Shown here in pieces: positions 48,384-56,949 of a stretch of 64,000 bases of DNA (position 1 is its first letter; each line of letters starts with the position of its first letter). The notes under the pieces were generated by a model. That model saw nothing but the letters and a program-made list of their open reading frames with translations, was not told the DNA's origin and ran no database searches. The stretch comes from Armatimonadota bacterium (lineage in GTDB: Bacteria; Armatimonadota; SYMT01): positions 64,001 to 128,000 of the forward strand of contig JAWLHY010000002.1 in NCBI GenBank assembly GCA_041690135.1, in the 5' to 3' direction. Made by a program: the position numbers and the translations under genes.

Positions 48384-49027
48384 TGTATCGCAACCAGATC
48401 TTACCGATCCTTGCCGGCCTGGCAGCCACGCTGACCGCTGGCGCCCTGCTTGCGGCGCCGGAACCGGGTGGCCGTTTCTACGAGCGCCTGCGGGAAGCCG
48501 AAGAGAAGCTTTCGGTGCCGCGCAAGAGCAATGGAAGCGGCGGGTCCGGCTCTCCGATGCGCACATACCGGCCCCGTGCGCGCCGGTTTTCCTCCGCGGC
48601 CGCCAAACGCTGGCCCGGCTTCAAGCCCGCTGAAGTCTCATACTCCATCGATCCGCGCTCCGAGGATGCCACCAGTCCTAAGACGACGGGCGATATGATC
48701 CTCATCGCGGAACCGGAAGACGTTCCGGTCTTCTTCAACCTGAAGGGGGGCGCGCAACTCCTCGACACGACCCAGGCGGTGGTGAAGGCGGTGAAGCCGC
48801 AGAAGATCATGGTGGTGGCGTGGGCGCCGGAAGTCCGCGGCAAGAGCACCATTTTCATGCCCGTGAAGGCGGGCCACATTACCACGGTGCGCATGGTCTT
48901 CCCAGATAACCGGAAGAAGAAGCCGGTCGAGGCCAGGCCCGCGCCGAAGCCCGAGTCGGAAAGCACGAAGGCGCCGATGGGTGAGGAGAAGCCGGCGGAG
49001 CCGGAAAAATCCGCGGGCGCCGAATAG
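48383..49027 (+). CDS. Secreted hypothetical protein
   Basis: Signal peptide; TGATG overlap with the upstream gene. Confidence 0.7.
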   Translation: MYRNQILPILAGLAATLTAGALLAAPEPGGRFYERLREAEEKLSVPRKSNGSGGSGSPMRTYRPRARRFSSAAAKRWPGFKPAEVSYSIDPRSEDATSPKTTGDMILIAEPEDVPVFFNLKGGAQLLDTTQAVVKAVKPQKIMVVAWAPEVRGKSTIFMPVKAGHITTVRMVFPDNRKKKPVEARPAPKPESESTKAPMGEEKPAEPEKSAGAE

Positions 49028-49029
49028 GC

Positions 49030-49061
49030 ACCCCTGGCCCCCTGGCCCCTAACCCCTGGCC
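49030..49061. repeat. CCCCTGG heptamer array between convergent genes
   Basis: acccctggcccctggcccctaacccctggc-like tandem units. Confidence 0.7.
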
Positions 49062-50275
49062 TCCAGTATCGCTTCACAGGCTCGCTGGGCCTCTTCCAGG
49101 GCCGCCACGACTTCCCGTTCTCCGGTCAGCGCCGCCCGGAGCTGGAGGGCGAGCTGCCGCTCCAACTCCGGATACTCCGGCACGGCCGGTGCGGTCAGCG
49201 CCGCAGTGCGCAGCGTCTCCTCCGCCAGGGCGAAGCGGCGTTGGGCCAGGGTCCCTTCCCGCAACCCTTCCCGCAACTCCCGCAAGGCATCGGTGCGTGC
49301 TGGGAGGGCGCCCTGTTTCCCCTCTGCTAACTGGCGCTCGGTGGAAGTCAGGTAGCGCAGCAGTTCCACTGCGGCCTCCGGGTCCGGACAACGCGCCGGA
49401 ATTGCAAAGGCCGAACACCCGCTCCACACGGCGCGTTTTCCGCTGGACCCGGTCGGGTAGGGCGCCACACCGTGCCAGCCCGCAACCGCCGAGAAGCACG
49501 GGTCGCAGAGCAAGTGCGCCGTGCCGGGAAAGTCGCAGGCCAACGCGCACTTCCCCAGGCGGAAACGCTCGGAAACTTCCGTATAACCCAGCTCCGGTGT
49601 TTCCGCCGGGACGGCTTCCCAGCGCAGCAGCAGGTCCCGCAGGAGCTGCAACGCCCACTCGCCGGCCCGGCTGTAGAACAGGGGGCGTCCGTCCGGCCCG
49701 AAGCAAGTCCCGCCCACGCTGGTTACGATCTCCGCGAAGGTAGCGACCAGACCTGTACCTTTCCCCGGAAAGGCGAACCCGTGGCAGGTGTCCGCGCGCG
49801 TGAAATACTGGGCCACGGCCGCCAGGTCTTCCCAGGTCTCCGGCACCCGGAGTTCCCGCCCCCCGGATGCTTCCCGGAACCATTGCCGCTCGCGACGGTC
49901 GTCGAAAAAGTCCGACCGGTAGAACAGCAGCCGCGCTTCCTGGGCACGGGGCAGTTGGTAGACCTGGCCCTCCAAGCGGCAGAGGTCCAGCGCCGCCGGC
50001 TCGAACGCGGAGAGTTCCACAGGTGGGAGCCTGTCGTCGAGGAGACGCAGGTAAGGCGCGAAAGCGGCCGTGTACTGGCTGTGCAGGCTGATCAGGTGGT
50101 ACGGCTCACCCGCCGGGAGCGCTGCCTGGAAGTGCTCGATCAGCTCGGAGAGAGGGGCCCGGTAGGCAACCTCCACCGCCAGCCCCGTCTCTTCGGTGAA
50201 TTGCGGCAGCCGGTCATAAAGCGGCGCGTACGCTTCTCCTTCGACCAGCGCGACTCGCAGAACCGTTCTTGCCAT
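49049..50275 (-). CDS. Sugar-type ABC solute-binding-protein fold, no signal peptide
   Basis: LFYRSD, PETWEDL..VA, AVELLRYLTS; N-terminus lacks hydrophobic leader or lipobox. Confidence 0.85.
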   Translation of the reverse strand: MARTVLRVALVEGEAYAPLYDRLPQFTEETGLAVEVAYRAPLSELIEHFQAALPAGEPYHLISLHSQYTAAFAPYLRLLDDRLPPVELSAFEPAALDLCRLEGQVYQLPRAQEARLLFYRSDFFDDRRERQWFREASGGRELRVPETWEDLAAVAQYFTRADTCHGFAFPGKGTGLVATFAEIVTSVGGTCFGPDGRPLFYSRAGEWALQLLRDLLLRWEAVPAETPELGYTEVSERFRLGKCALACDFPGTAHLLCDPCFSAVAGWHGVAPYPTGSSGKRAVWSGCSAFAIPARCPDPEAAVELLRYLTSTERQLAEGKQGALPARTDALRELREGLREGTLAQRRFALAEETLRTAALTAPAVPEYPELERQLALQLRAALTGEREVVAALEEAQRACEAILEARG

Positions 50276-50317
50276 TCTGCCATCCACTCTCCCATCCCAC
50301 CACCGAGTGCCGTTCCG

Positions 50318-50671
50318 CTAGGGCCCGATCAGGACCAAGGGGCCCAACCTGTACTGCCGCCGGTTCAAGATCACCAGAGGACCATTCGGATCCAAGGGCC
50401 GCGTGAGGCTGTAGTACTTGGCATTCCAGGTACTACGACCACCACCCGACCCCCGCAAAACCAGTTGTAGATTACGGAATTTCACCGGTTCCCGGTTAGA
50501 GGGGCCGATCAGCGTCCAGCCAGCAAGCCGGAGTGGGAATGGCAGGAATGAAACCGCCAGGATCGCAATTCCTCCGCTCAAGATCAGCAGTACTGCCAGG
50601 GTGGCCAGGACCCACCGGACGCCCGCCCGCCGATGGGTGTCCGGTTCGCCGGTACGATCAAGTGCCTTCAT
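50318..50671 (-). CDS. Small single-TM hypothetical protein
   Basis: RBS GGAGG; TM WVLATLAVLLILSGGIAILAVSF. Confidence 0.6.
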   Translation of the reverse strand: MKALDRTGEPDTHRRAGVRWVLATLAVLLILSGGIAILAVSFLPFPLRLAGWTLIGPSNREPVKFRNLQLVLRGSGGGRSTWNAKYYSLTRPLDPNGPLVILNRRQYRLGPLVLIGP

Positions 50672-50684
50672 AGCGGTCCTCCGC

Positions 50685-52898
50685 CTACCGGATGCGTCGA
50701 CCGGTAAAGTACAGCAGCTTGTTCGGCTTGTTGAAGACGATGGAAGACGGCTTGAACTTCCAGCCCGGCAGGCCGGCCACCGCCCGGTACTTCACACCTT
50801 TCTGAAACCCCGCGGCGCTGAACAAGCCGGTCGCATCCGACTTCGCCGGTTTGGGCACGGAGCGTCCCCGTCGCCCGATCGGCACGAAGGTGACGGTGAC
50901 CCCGTTGATCCCGTTGGTCAGGTGATCCCCCGCGAAGCCGAAGAGGGTATACCCATCCACCTCCGCGCTGAAGTCGAGATCCGCGCGCTCGCTCGAGAAC
51001 TCCAGGAAAGCGGGAGTAAATCTGTACCCGGTGAGAGTCGGGGTGACGCGGTAGGTGACGAACGGCTGGACATTCGCGCGGCTCCAGGTGCCGGACTTGT
51101 TGGTGGTCACCGGGGCCGGAGCCGCCGCGTTGCCTTTGACCACCTGAAAGGTCAACTTCACCCCGGGAAGGTAGCCGAACGGTCCCAAAATGGTTCCGGA
51201 CACCGCGTAGGGAGGTACGTAGGCGCCCGCGTAGGCACCGGGAGTGAAGGGGCCGCGTGCGTCCCCGACGTAATCCTCCGGAACCCCATTGTCGTTGTCT
51301 CCCAACGGTAGGGGCGGCTGGTCAGGCGCTTCCTTCTCAAACGCAAACGCGGGAATCTGTAAGGTACGAAGGGTCACCAGGTTGCCGTTGGGGCGCGGCC
51401 GGAGGTCTCCCTGCGCCGGGTTCCGGAACTGGGGCTGCAGGGTATTGATCCGGTTGTCGCGCCGGAGCTGGGCGGCGTTGCAGTCCGCGCTGGCGCAGCC
51501 ACTCCCCGCCGCCTCCACTCCCAGGGGAGTGTTCTGCGGACCGTTCCAGAGTACGTTACCCCGGATGTAGAGGTGAGTGTCCGCATGGAAAGCCGCGGGA
51601 ATATTGGAACCCGGCGTGGGGGTCACGGCACCTTCCACGTAAAGGTGTCCCCCGCGGGTGCGCAGCGGTGCCGGGTTGTAGAAGACGTTGTTATAGACGT
51701 AAACCCGAGCATTGGGAATCGGCTCCCGGGCCGACGGATCCGTGGTTCCCCAGCCTCCGGCCGCCAGGTGGGCAGCGCAGTTCGCCGTGGCATTGTTATT
51801 CCCGTTCTCCGGGGCTTCCGCGCAGAACCGTCGGCCGTGCCAGAACGCCATCAGGGGAAAGCCCTGCGGGGTTCGACCATCTTGATAGGTGCCGATGCGG
51901 TGGAAGGTGTTGTACGCGAGGAGCACGTTGAACCCGCCCGCCGTGCCTACCCCTATGCCCGGCACGTCGTGGACGATATTGTTCACGAACTTGACGTCGT
52001 AGGCGTCGTAGTGAAGCCAGGGCGAGCGCATAAGCTCGAAGTTGGAATCACCGCCGGCCAGGAAGCCTTGCCCGCTGTAGTAGAGCTCATTGCGTTCGGC
52101 CCGGAGGTAGGCGGAGCCGCCCTGCAGCTGGACGGCCCATCCACCGATGTCATGCACCCGGTTCGAGAGCAAATGCCCATACTGCACGGCAAAAAAGCGG
52201 ACTCCGGCATTCACCGCGCCGTGGATATCGTTGTTCTCCAGGTAGACGTGTTGGGATCGCTCCACCCGCACCGCGTCGGCGACCCGCTCCTTCACGTCCG
52301 GAAGCGTCGGGTTGGGCCCGTTGATCTCGACGTTGCGGACCAGCACGTGGTCGCACTCTGCGATCCGCAGCAGCGAGTCCCCGATGGAAGCTTCCTGGCC
52401 GAGCAGGCTTAGCTGGAGATCTTCCAGGTAAAGATACTTCAACCGCTCGAACTCGAGGCCGCCGGAGATGTTCACGGTGCCGGGGCCCAGCTCGGCACGA
52501 AAGATGATCGGATGCTGGAACGTCCCCTCCCGCATTCCGGCCAGGTAGCCGAACTTGTTGCGGTTCACCGGGTCGAAGCGATAGAAGCCGGGCTGAAGGT
52601 TGATGCGGTAACCGACGTTCGGAACCGCGAATTCGATGATGCGCTGCCAGGCGATGCGCAGGCTCTGCACTGGCTGCTCCGGCAACGTGCCCGGGTTGTT
52701 GTCGCTGCCCAGGATGGGGTTGACGTAGAGGTCCACCACGGTGGGCTTGCCCGGGTCGTAAGGCCGGGTGACTCCCTGCGCGCCGATCGGACCGGCCGCA
52801 TCAACGCGACGCCCGCTGCCGCCGAGGGCCGCCACGATGCCGAGAATCAACAACCCCAGGAGCGCGCCGGTCGTTCCGGCCTGTTTAACTCGTCGCAT
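50685..52898 (-). CDS. Secreted right-handed parallel beta-helix protein with C-terminal prealbumin-like repeats
   Basis: LYVNP..GSDNNPG, VYLENNDIH, FVNNIVHD; two SGTI/GV.VTF repeat domains. Confidence 0.85.
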   Translation of the reverse strand: MRRVKQAGTTGALLGLLILGIVAALGGSGRRVDAAGPIGAQGVTRPYDPGKPTVVDLYVNPILGSDNNPGTLPEQPVQSLRIAWQRIIEFAVPNVGYRINLQPGFYRFDPVNRNKFGYLAGMREGTFQHPIIFRAELGPGTVNISGGLEFERLKYLYLEDLQLSLLGQEASIGDSLLRIAECDHVLVRNVEINGPNPTLPDVKERVADAVRVERSQHVYLENNDIHGAVNAGVRFFAVQYGHLLSNRVHDIGGWAVQLQGGSAYLRAERNELYYSGQGFLAGGDSNFELMRSPWLHYDAYDVKFVNNIVHDVPGIGVGTAGGFNVLLAYNTFHRIGTYQDGRTPQGFPLMAFWHGRRFCAEAPENGNNNATANCAAHLAAGGWGTTDPSAREPIPNARVYVYNNVFYNPAPLRTRGGHLYVEGAVTPTPGSNIPAAFHADTHLYIRGNVLWNGPQNTPLGVEAAGSGCASADCNAAQLRRDNRINTLQPQFRNPAQGDLRPRPNGNLVTLRTLQIPAFAFEKEAPDQPPLPLGDNDNGVPEDYVGDARGPFTPGAYAGAYVPPYAVSGTILGPFGYLPGVKLTFQVVKGNAAAPAPVTTNKSGTWSRANVQPFVTYRVTPTLTGYRFTPAFLEFSSERADLDFSAEVDGYTLFGFAGDHLTNGINGVTVTFVPIGRRGRSVPKPAKSDATGLFSAAGFQKGVKYRAVAGLPGWKFKPSSIVFNKPNKLLYFTGRRIR

Positions 52899-53149
52899 AC
52901 TACTCTCTCTTGACGCAGGCTCTGGACGCGCAAAATACCGTCGAGGCGGCGTGCGACCCGGCGAATGCGCCTTATAGTTAGCCCCTGGCCGCCTGGGAAC
53001 CTGCCGCCGACCGTACTTCCCTGGAAATCGCGGCCTGGAATCCCGACCGCGGAGCGACCCTACTAGGATTATCGTCCGCACCCACCGGTTGCTTCCACTC
53101 TCTGCCACCGAGTTTGCGCCTCCGGAGAAATTGACCGCCGCGCCCGGCG

Positions 53150-53178
53150 TTGTCACGAGTTAAACGGACGTTTAAACT
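53150..53178 (+). promoter_or_regulatory. tolC promoter with overlapping palindromic operator
   Basis: TTGTCA-17 nt-TAAACT; TTAAACG-GA-CGTTTAA at 53160-53175. Confidence 0.75.
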
Positions 53179-53261
53179 TAGGCGGCAAACGGCCGGGTCG
53201 TTGGCACCGCCGGCTGAAAAGGGAGCGGGACCCCCGTTCCCGATGGGGAGGCAGGTAGGGA

Positions 53262-54872
53262 GTGAAGATGCCCGAAAAGCAAGCGGGACAGAGCAAGCAT
53301 GGTGTGATGCGGCAGCGGCGCTGGCGCGGTACGATGGTGAGTCTACTGGGTGCGCTGGTAGCGGTTCCCGCGGCCGCGCAAGCGCCGAATGCGCCTCCTC
53401 CCCCGACGGCACCCACGACTCCAGCCCGCCCGCCGGAGGGGGCTCCGCCGGCCGCGCCAGGGCTCCCGGCGCCGGCTGGAACCCCGACCGTGCTTACGTT
53501 GGATCAAGCCGTCCGCGCGGCCCTGGCGCAGAACCCGTCTCTGGATGAGGCGCAGGCGGCGGTCCGGCGGGCGGAAGGAATCGTCGCCGAAGCCCGGGCG
53601 ATTCAACGCCCCCGCCTGGATGGGAATGCCCAGTTCACGCTTCAGGGGCCTATTCCGAGTTTCGTCTTCACCCAGCCGCCGGATCAGCCGGGGGGACAGC
53701 CGCGCCGGCAGGAGATCTCCTTCGGCCGGTCCTTCACCAAGACTTTCAACCTCTCCGCGACGTACGACGTGGACCCGTTCGGCCGCAACCGCGACACGAT
53801 CCGGGCCGCCCAGCGGAACCGGGAAGCCGTGGAAGGCGGCCTGGCGACGACGCAGAATGAACTGGTCTTTGCCACCCAGAACCTGTACCTCGCCACGCTC
53901 CGGTCGCAGGAGTTGATCCGCGTCGCCCAGGAGTCGCTCGAGTCGGCCGCGGAACAGCTCCGCGTGTCCGAGGCGGGGTTCCGGGCCGGTACCGCCGCGG
54001 AGTTCGACGTGATCCGGGGACGGGTGCAGGTCGCGAACGTACGGCAGACGCTGGTGACCGCGGGGGCCAGTTACCGCCGCGCCCTGGCGGCACTGGCGGA
54101 GATCCTTAGTCTGGAGCCGAGCGAACGCCTGGAACTCGTGCCGGTGGCTCTGCCTCCGGAACCGCCGGCCGCGCCCGGGCTGGGTGCCCAACTGGCACCT
54201 CCCGCCCCGGCTCCACCCGCGGCCGAGGCGTCGGCCGTGCAGCCGGACAGCGTCCTGGCGCCGGCCCAGCCCTTGCCGGACACCCTGGCCGAGGCCCTGG
54301 CCGAAGCCCTGGAGCGCCGCCCGGAAGTCTACAGCGCCATTCAACTCCAACGCGCCGCGGAGGCCCGGTTAGCATTCCAGCGTAAGGGCAACCGGCCGAA
54401 CGTTACGCTTTCCGGCGGCGTGCTCTACGCTCCGGACCAGGCGGGCCTCGCCTTCGAGACGACCACCTGGAGCATCGTCGGCAACATCGCCGTGCCGATC
54501 TGGGACGCGGGGCTCACGCGCGCCCGCACCCGGCAGGCCCGCGCCGATGTCGCCGCCGCCGCCGCGGACGTGGAGAGCGCCCGCGACGCCGTGACGGAGG
54601 AAGTCAAGCGCGCCCTCCTCGACCTGGAGGACGCCGCCGAGCGCCGTCGCTCCGCCGCCGCGAATACTGTGCAGGCTCGCGAGGCCCTCCGCATCGCCCA
54701 GGTGCGGTACAACGCCGGCCTGGCGCCCGTGGTGGAGGTGATCGACGCGGAAGCCGCCCTCACCCAGGCCCGGACCAACGAGGTCAATGCCGCCTACGAT
54801 TACCTGGCCGCCCTGGCCTTCCTAAACCGCAGCCTGGGACGGTATACGCCGGTAGTGGAAGCGGGGCGGTAG
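53262..54872 (+). CDS. TolC-family outer membrane protein
   Basis: LTLDQAVRAALAQNP, ALERRPE, PIWDAG, RYNAGLA..EVIDAE. Confidence 0.92.
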   Translation: MKMPEKQAGQSKHGVMRQRRWRGTMVSLLGALVAVPAAAQAPNAPPPPTAPTTPARPPEGAPPAAPGLPAPAGTPTVLTLDQAVRAALAQNPSLDEAQAAVRRAEGIVAEARAIQRPRLDGNAQFTLQGPIPSFVFTQPPDQPGGQPRRQEISFGRSFTKTFNLSATYDVDPFGRNRDTIRAAQRNREAVEGGLATTQNELVFATQNLYLATLRSQELIRVAQESLESAAEQLRVSEAGFRAGTAAEFDVIRGRVQVANVRQTLVTAGASYRRALAALAEILSLEPSERLELVPVALPPEPPAAPGLGAQLAPPAPAPPAAEASAVQPDSVLAPAQPLPDTLAEALAEALERRPEVYSAIQLQRAAEARLAFQRKGNRPNVTLSGGVLYAPDQAGLAFETTTWSIVGNIAVPIWDAGLTRARTRQARADVAAAAADVESARDAVTEEVKRALLDLEDAAERRRSAAANTVQAREALRIAQVRYNAGLAPVVEVIDAEAALTQARTNEVNAAYDYLAALAFLNRSLGRYTPVVEAGR

Positions 54873-54887
54873 GCCTCTCAGGAGGGC

Positions 54888-55382
54888 AGGTTGTGGGGTG
54901 GTCAGGCGTTCGGCCTCCCGGTGGGGATAAACACCTGGGCCACCCTACGGGCAGTGAATGTCCGGGTGTTCCGGGACTGGTCCAGATCGTCATTGCGAGG
55001 CGCGATAGACCCGCACCAACTTCCCTGAATTGGATGAGTCTTGGGCCGAAGCACTCAGCTCCTTGAATCAGAACCTGTAAGCGACGTGGCAAACCCCCTG
55101 GTCAGGGCAGTCGCAATTACAGCGATGGGCAGTCCTCTGGTTAGGGCACCTGCCTTCTCGGACCTTTATCCGCACCCTGGTCCTAATTCACGCGTCCCCT
55201 GGTCTGGGAGCCTGTAAGCGACTTACACCGCCTTGGGCCTCTCCAGTGCTCAACGTTTATTCCGCTACAGAGGGACCCAGCGCCGGAAAGCCTGAACTGG
55301 GGAAAGCCCGAACACCCGACCACCCGACCACCTGACCACCCGACCACCTGACCACCTGAACGCCCGAGCACCCGAACACCCG
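54888..55382 (+). mobile_element. Composite MITE-like repeat: element copy D (54985-55110) between inverted GGTGKTCR octamer arrays
   Basis: Left ggtggtcaggcgttcgg...gggtgttccggg; core GATCGTCATTGCGAGG...GTAAGCGACGTGGCAAACCCCCTGGTCAGGG; right (CCCGACCA/CCTGACCA)x~9 at 55307-55382; mobility inferred. Confidence 0.65.
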
Positions 55383-55433
55383 CCCCACCACCAAAAGCAG
55401 GTCTCCCGATCGGCGCTCCCGAACCGTGTCGAT

Positions 55434-56945
55434 ATGGAAACGGCTTCCGACTCCCCTTTCGACCTGATCGTCCGCGGCGAGGTCCTCGATCCTTCGCAGG
55501 GCCTCCGCGGCCGGTACGACCTGGGCATCCGCGACGGGCGGGTCGCCGCGGTGGCGCCCAGCCTGGAAGGGCACCCCATGCGGGAGTGGCTGGATGCGGG
55601 CGACGCCCTCGTCGGTCCCGGCTTCATCGATATTCATGCGCACGTCTATGCCGGGGTCACCTCCTGGGGGGTGTGGCCCGACCCGCCCTGCCTGCGCTCT
55701 GGCGTAACGACCGTAGTTGACGCCGGCAGCCCCGGCTGGACCATGCTCCAGGGTTTCCGCTGGCTCATCCACGAGCGCTCCCGGGTGCGCGCCCTCTGCT
55801 TCCTCCACATCTCCGGCATCGGCCTGGTGAACGCCTGGGTGGACGAGTGCCGCGACATCAGCCATCTTGACCCCCTCACCGTCGGGGAGCATGCCGCGGA
55901 GAACGACGACCTGGTGGTCGGCATCAAGGTCCGCCAGGGCCTGGAGCAGGTCGGCGAGCACGGCGTCGAACCCCTGAAACTGGCGATCGAAGCCGCCCGC
56001 CGCGCGGACTCGCATCGGGAGTGTCTCGCGCCAAGCCGGTGCGAAGGGGGAACGAAGCTCTCGCAAAGCCGCAAAGGCGCAAAGGGAAACGGTGTTCAGG
56101 TGTTCGGGTGTTCCGGTGTTCCGGCGGGAAGGCAGCCACTCGCAAACGCGGACACCTCATCCTCAAAGTTACGGCGAAACAAACAGCCAGAGACGACGCT
56201 GTTGCACACCAACCCGGCTACTGACAGCGGGGGTTTCCCTTACGCAATACGCAATACGCATTACGAAACTCCCGTAATGTGCCACATCGCCCCCGGCATT
56301 CCCCTGGCACAGGTGCTGGAACTCCTGCGGCCGGGGGATATCGTGACCCACTGCTTCCAGGGTCGAGGGGCGGAGTTGGAGAACCTGACGGACTCCCGCG
56401 GTCGCCTGCTGCCGGAGGTGCTGGACGCCCGGCAGCGCGGGGTGGTGATGGACGTGGGGCACGGCGGCGGCAGCTTCCGGTGGGAGGTGGCGGAACGGGC
56501 GCTGGAGCAGAACTTCCTGCCGGACGTGATCAGCACCGATCTCCACGCCTACAACATGCATGGGCCCCTATTTGATATGGCCGCCACCCTGACCAAGTTC
56601 CTGTACCTCGGTATGCCGCTGGAGCAGGTGGTCGCCTGCGCCACCGTGGCGCCCGCCCGAAGTATCGGCCGTCCGGACCTGGGCACTCTCGCCGTCGGCA
56701 GCCCCGCCGACCTCACCGTTTTTCGGATCGCCAACGAGCCGGTCGAGATGTGGGACGCCCACTTCCAGCGCCGCACCTGGGACCGGCGCCTGAAGGTGGA
56801 AGCCACCATTCGCGCCGGTGTGGTCTACCGTCCGGAAGAGGTGGAGCCGGAAACGGAAGAGGAGATCACCCGGCGCTGCCGCCGGCGGGGCCCCGAAGCC
56901 CTGAAGCACGCCTGGAAAGCGCAACTGGGACGGGAGGCGCGCTGA
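55434..56945 (+). CDS. Amidohydrolase (dihydroorotase-like/deacetylase family) with in-frame insert
   Basis: PGFIDIHAH, GVTTVVDAGS, GIKVR, MCH, DIVTHCF, DVGHGGGSF, ISTDLH. Confidence 0.9.
   Translation: METASDSPFDLIVRGEVLDPSQGLRGRYDLGIRDGRVAAVAPSLEGHPMREWLDAGDALVGPGFIDIHAHVYAGVTSWGVWPDPPCLRSGVTTVVDAGSPGWTMLQGFRWLIHERSRVRALCFLHISGIGLVNAWVDECRDISHLDPLTVGEHAAENDDLVVGIKVRQGLEQVGEHGVEPLKLAIEAARRADSHRECLAPSRCEGGTKLSQSRKGAKGNGVQVFGCSGVPAGRQPLANADTSSSKLRRNKQPETTLLHTNPATDSGGFPYAIRNTHYETPVMCHIAPGIPLAQVLELLRPGDIVTHCFQGRGAELENLTDSRGRLLPEVLDARQRGVVMDVGHGGGSFRWEVAERALEQNFLPDVISTDLHAYNMHGPLFDMAATLTKFLYLGMPLEQVVACATVAPARSIGRPDLGTLAVGSPADLTVFRIANEPVEMWDAHFQRRTWDRRLKVEATIRAGVVYRPEEVEPETEEEITRRCRRRGPEALKHAWKAQLGREAR
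56010..56267 (+). repeat. 258-nt in-frame insert containing three short-repeat families
   Basis: cgcaaagccgcaaaggcgcaaag; ggtgttcaggtgttcgggtgttccggtgtt; tacgcaatacgcaatacgcattacg; boundaries approximate. Confidence 0.8.
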
Positions 56946-56949
56946 GATG

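Noticed and set aside
56010-56267. Intein interpretation of the amidohydrolase insert (CLA... and ...RN-T)
   Set aside because: About 80 aa is too short for a mini-intein, there is no block B TxxH or terminal HN, and the sequence is explained by DNA repeats.
56008-56271. ACTC direct repeat as target-site duplication of the insert
   Set aside because: Only 4 bp, and excision between the copies (260 nt) would shift the frame.
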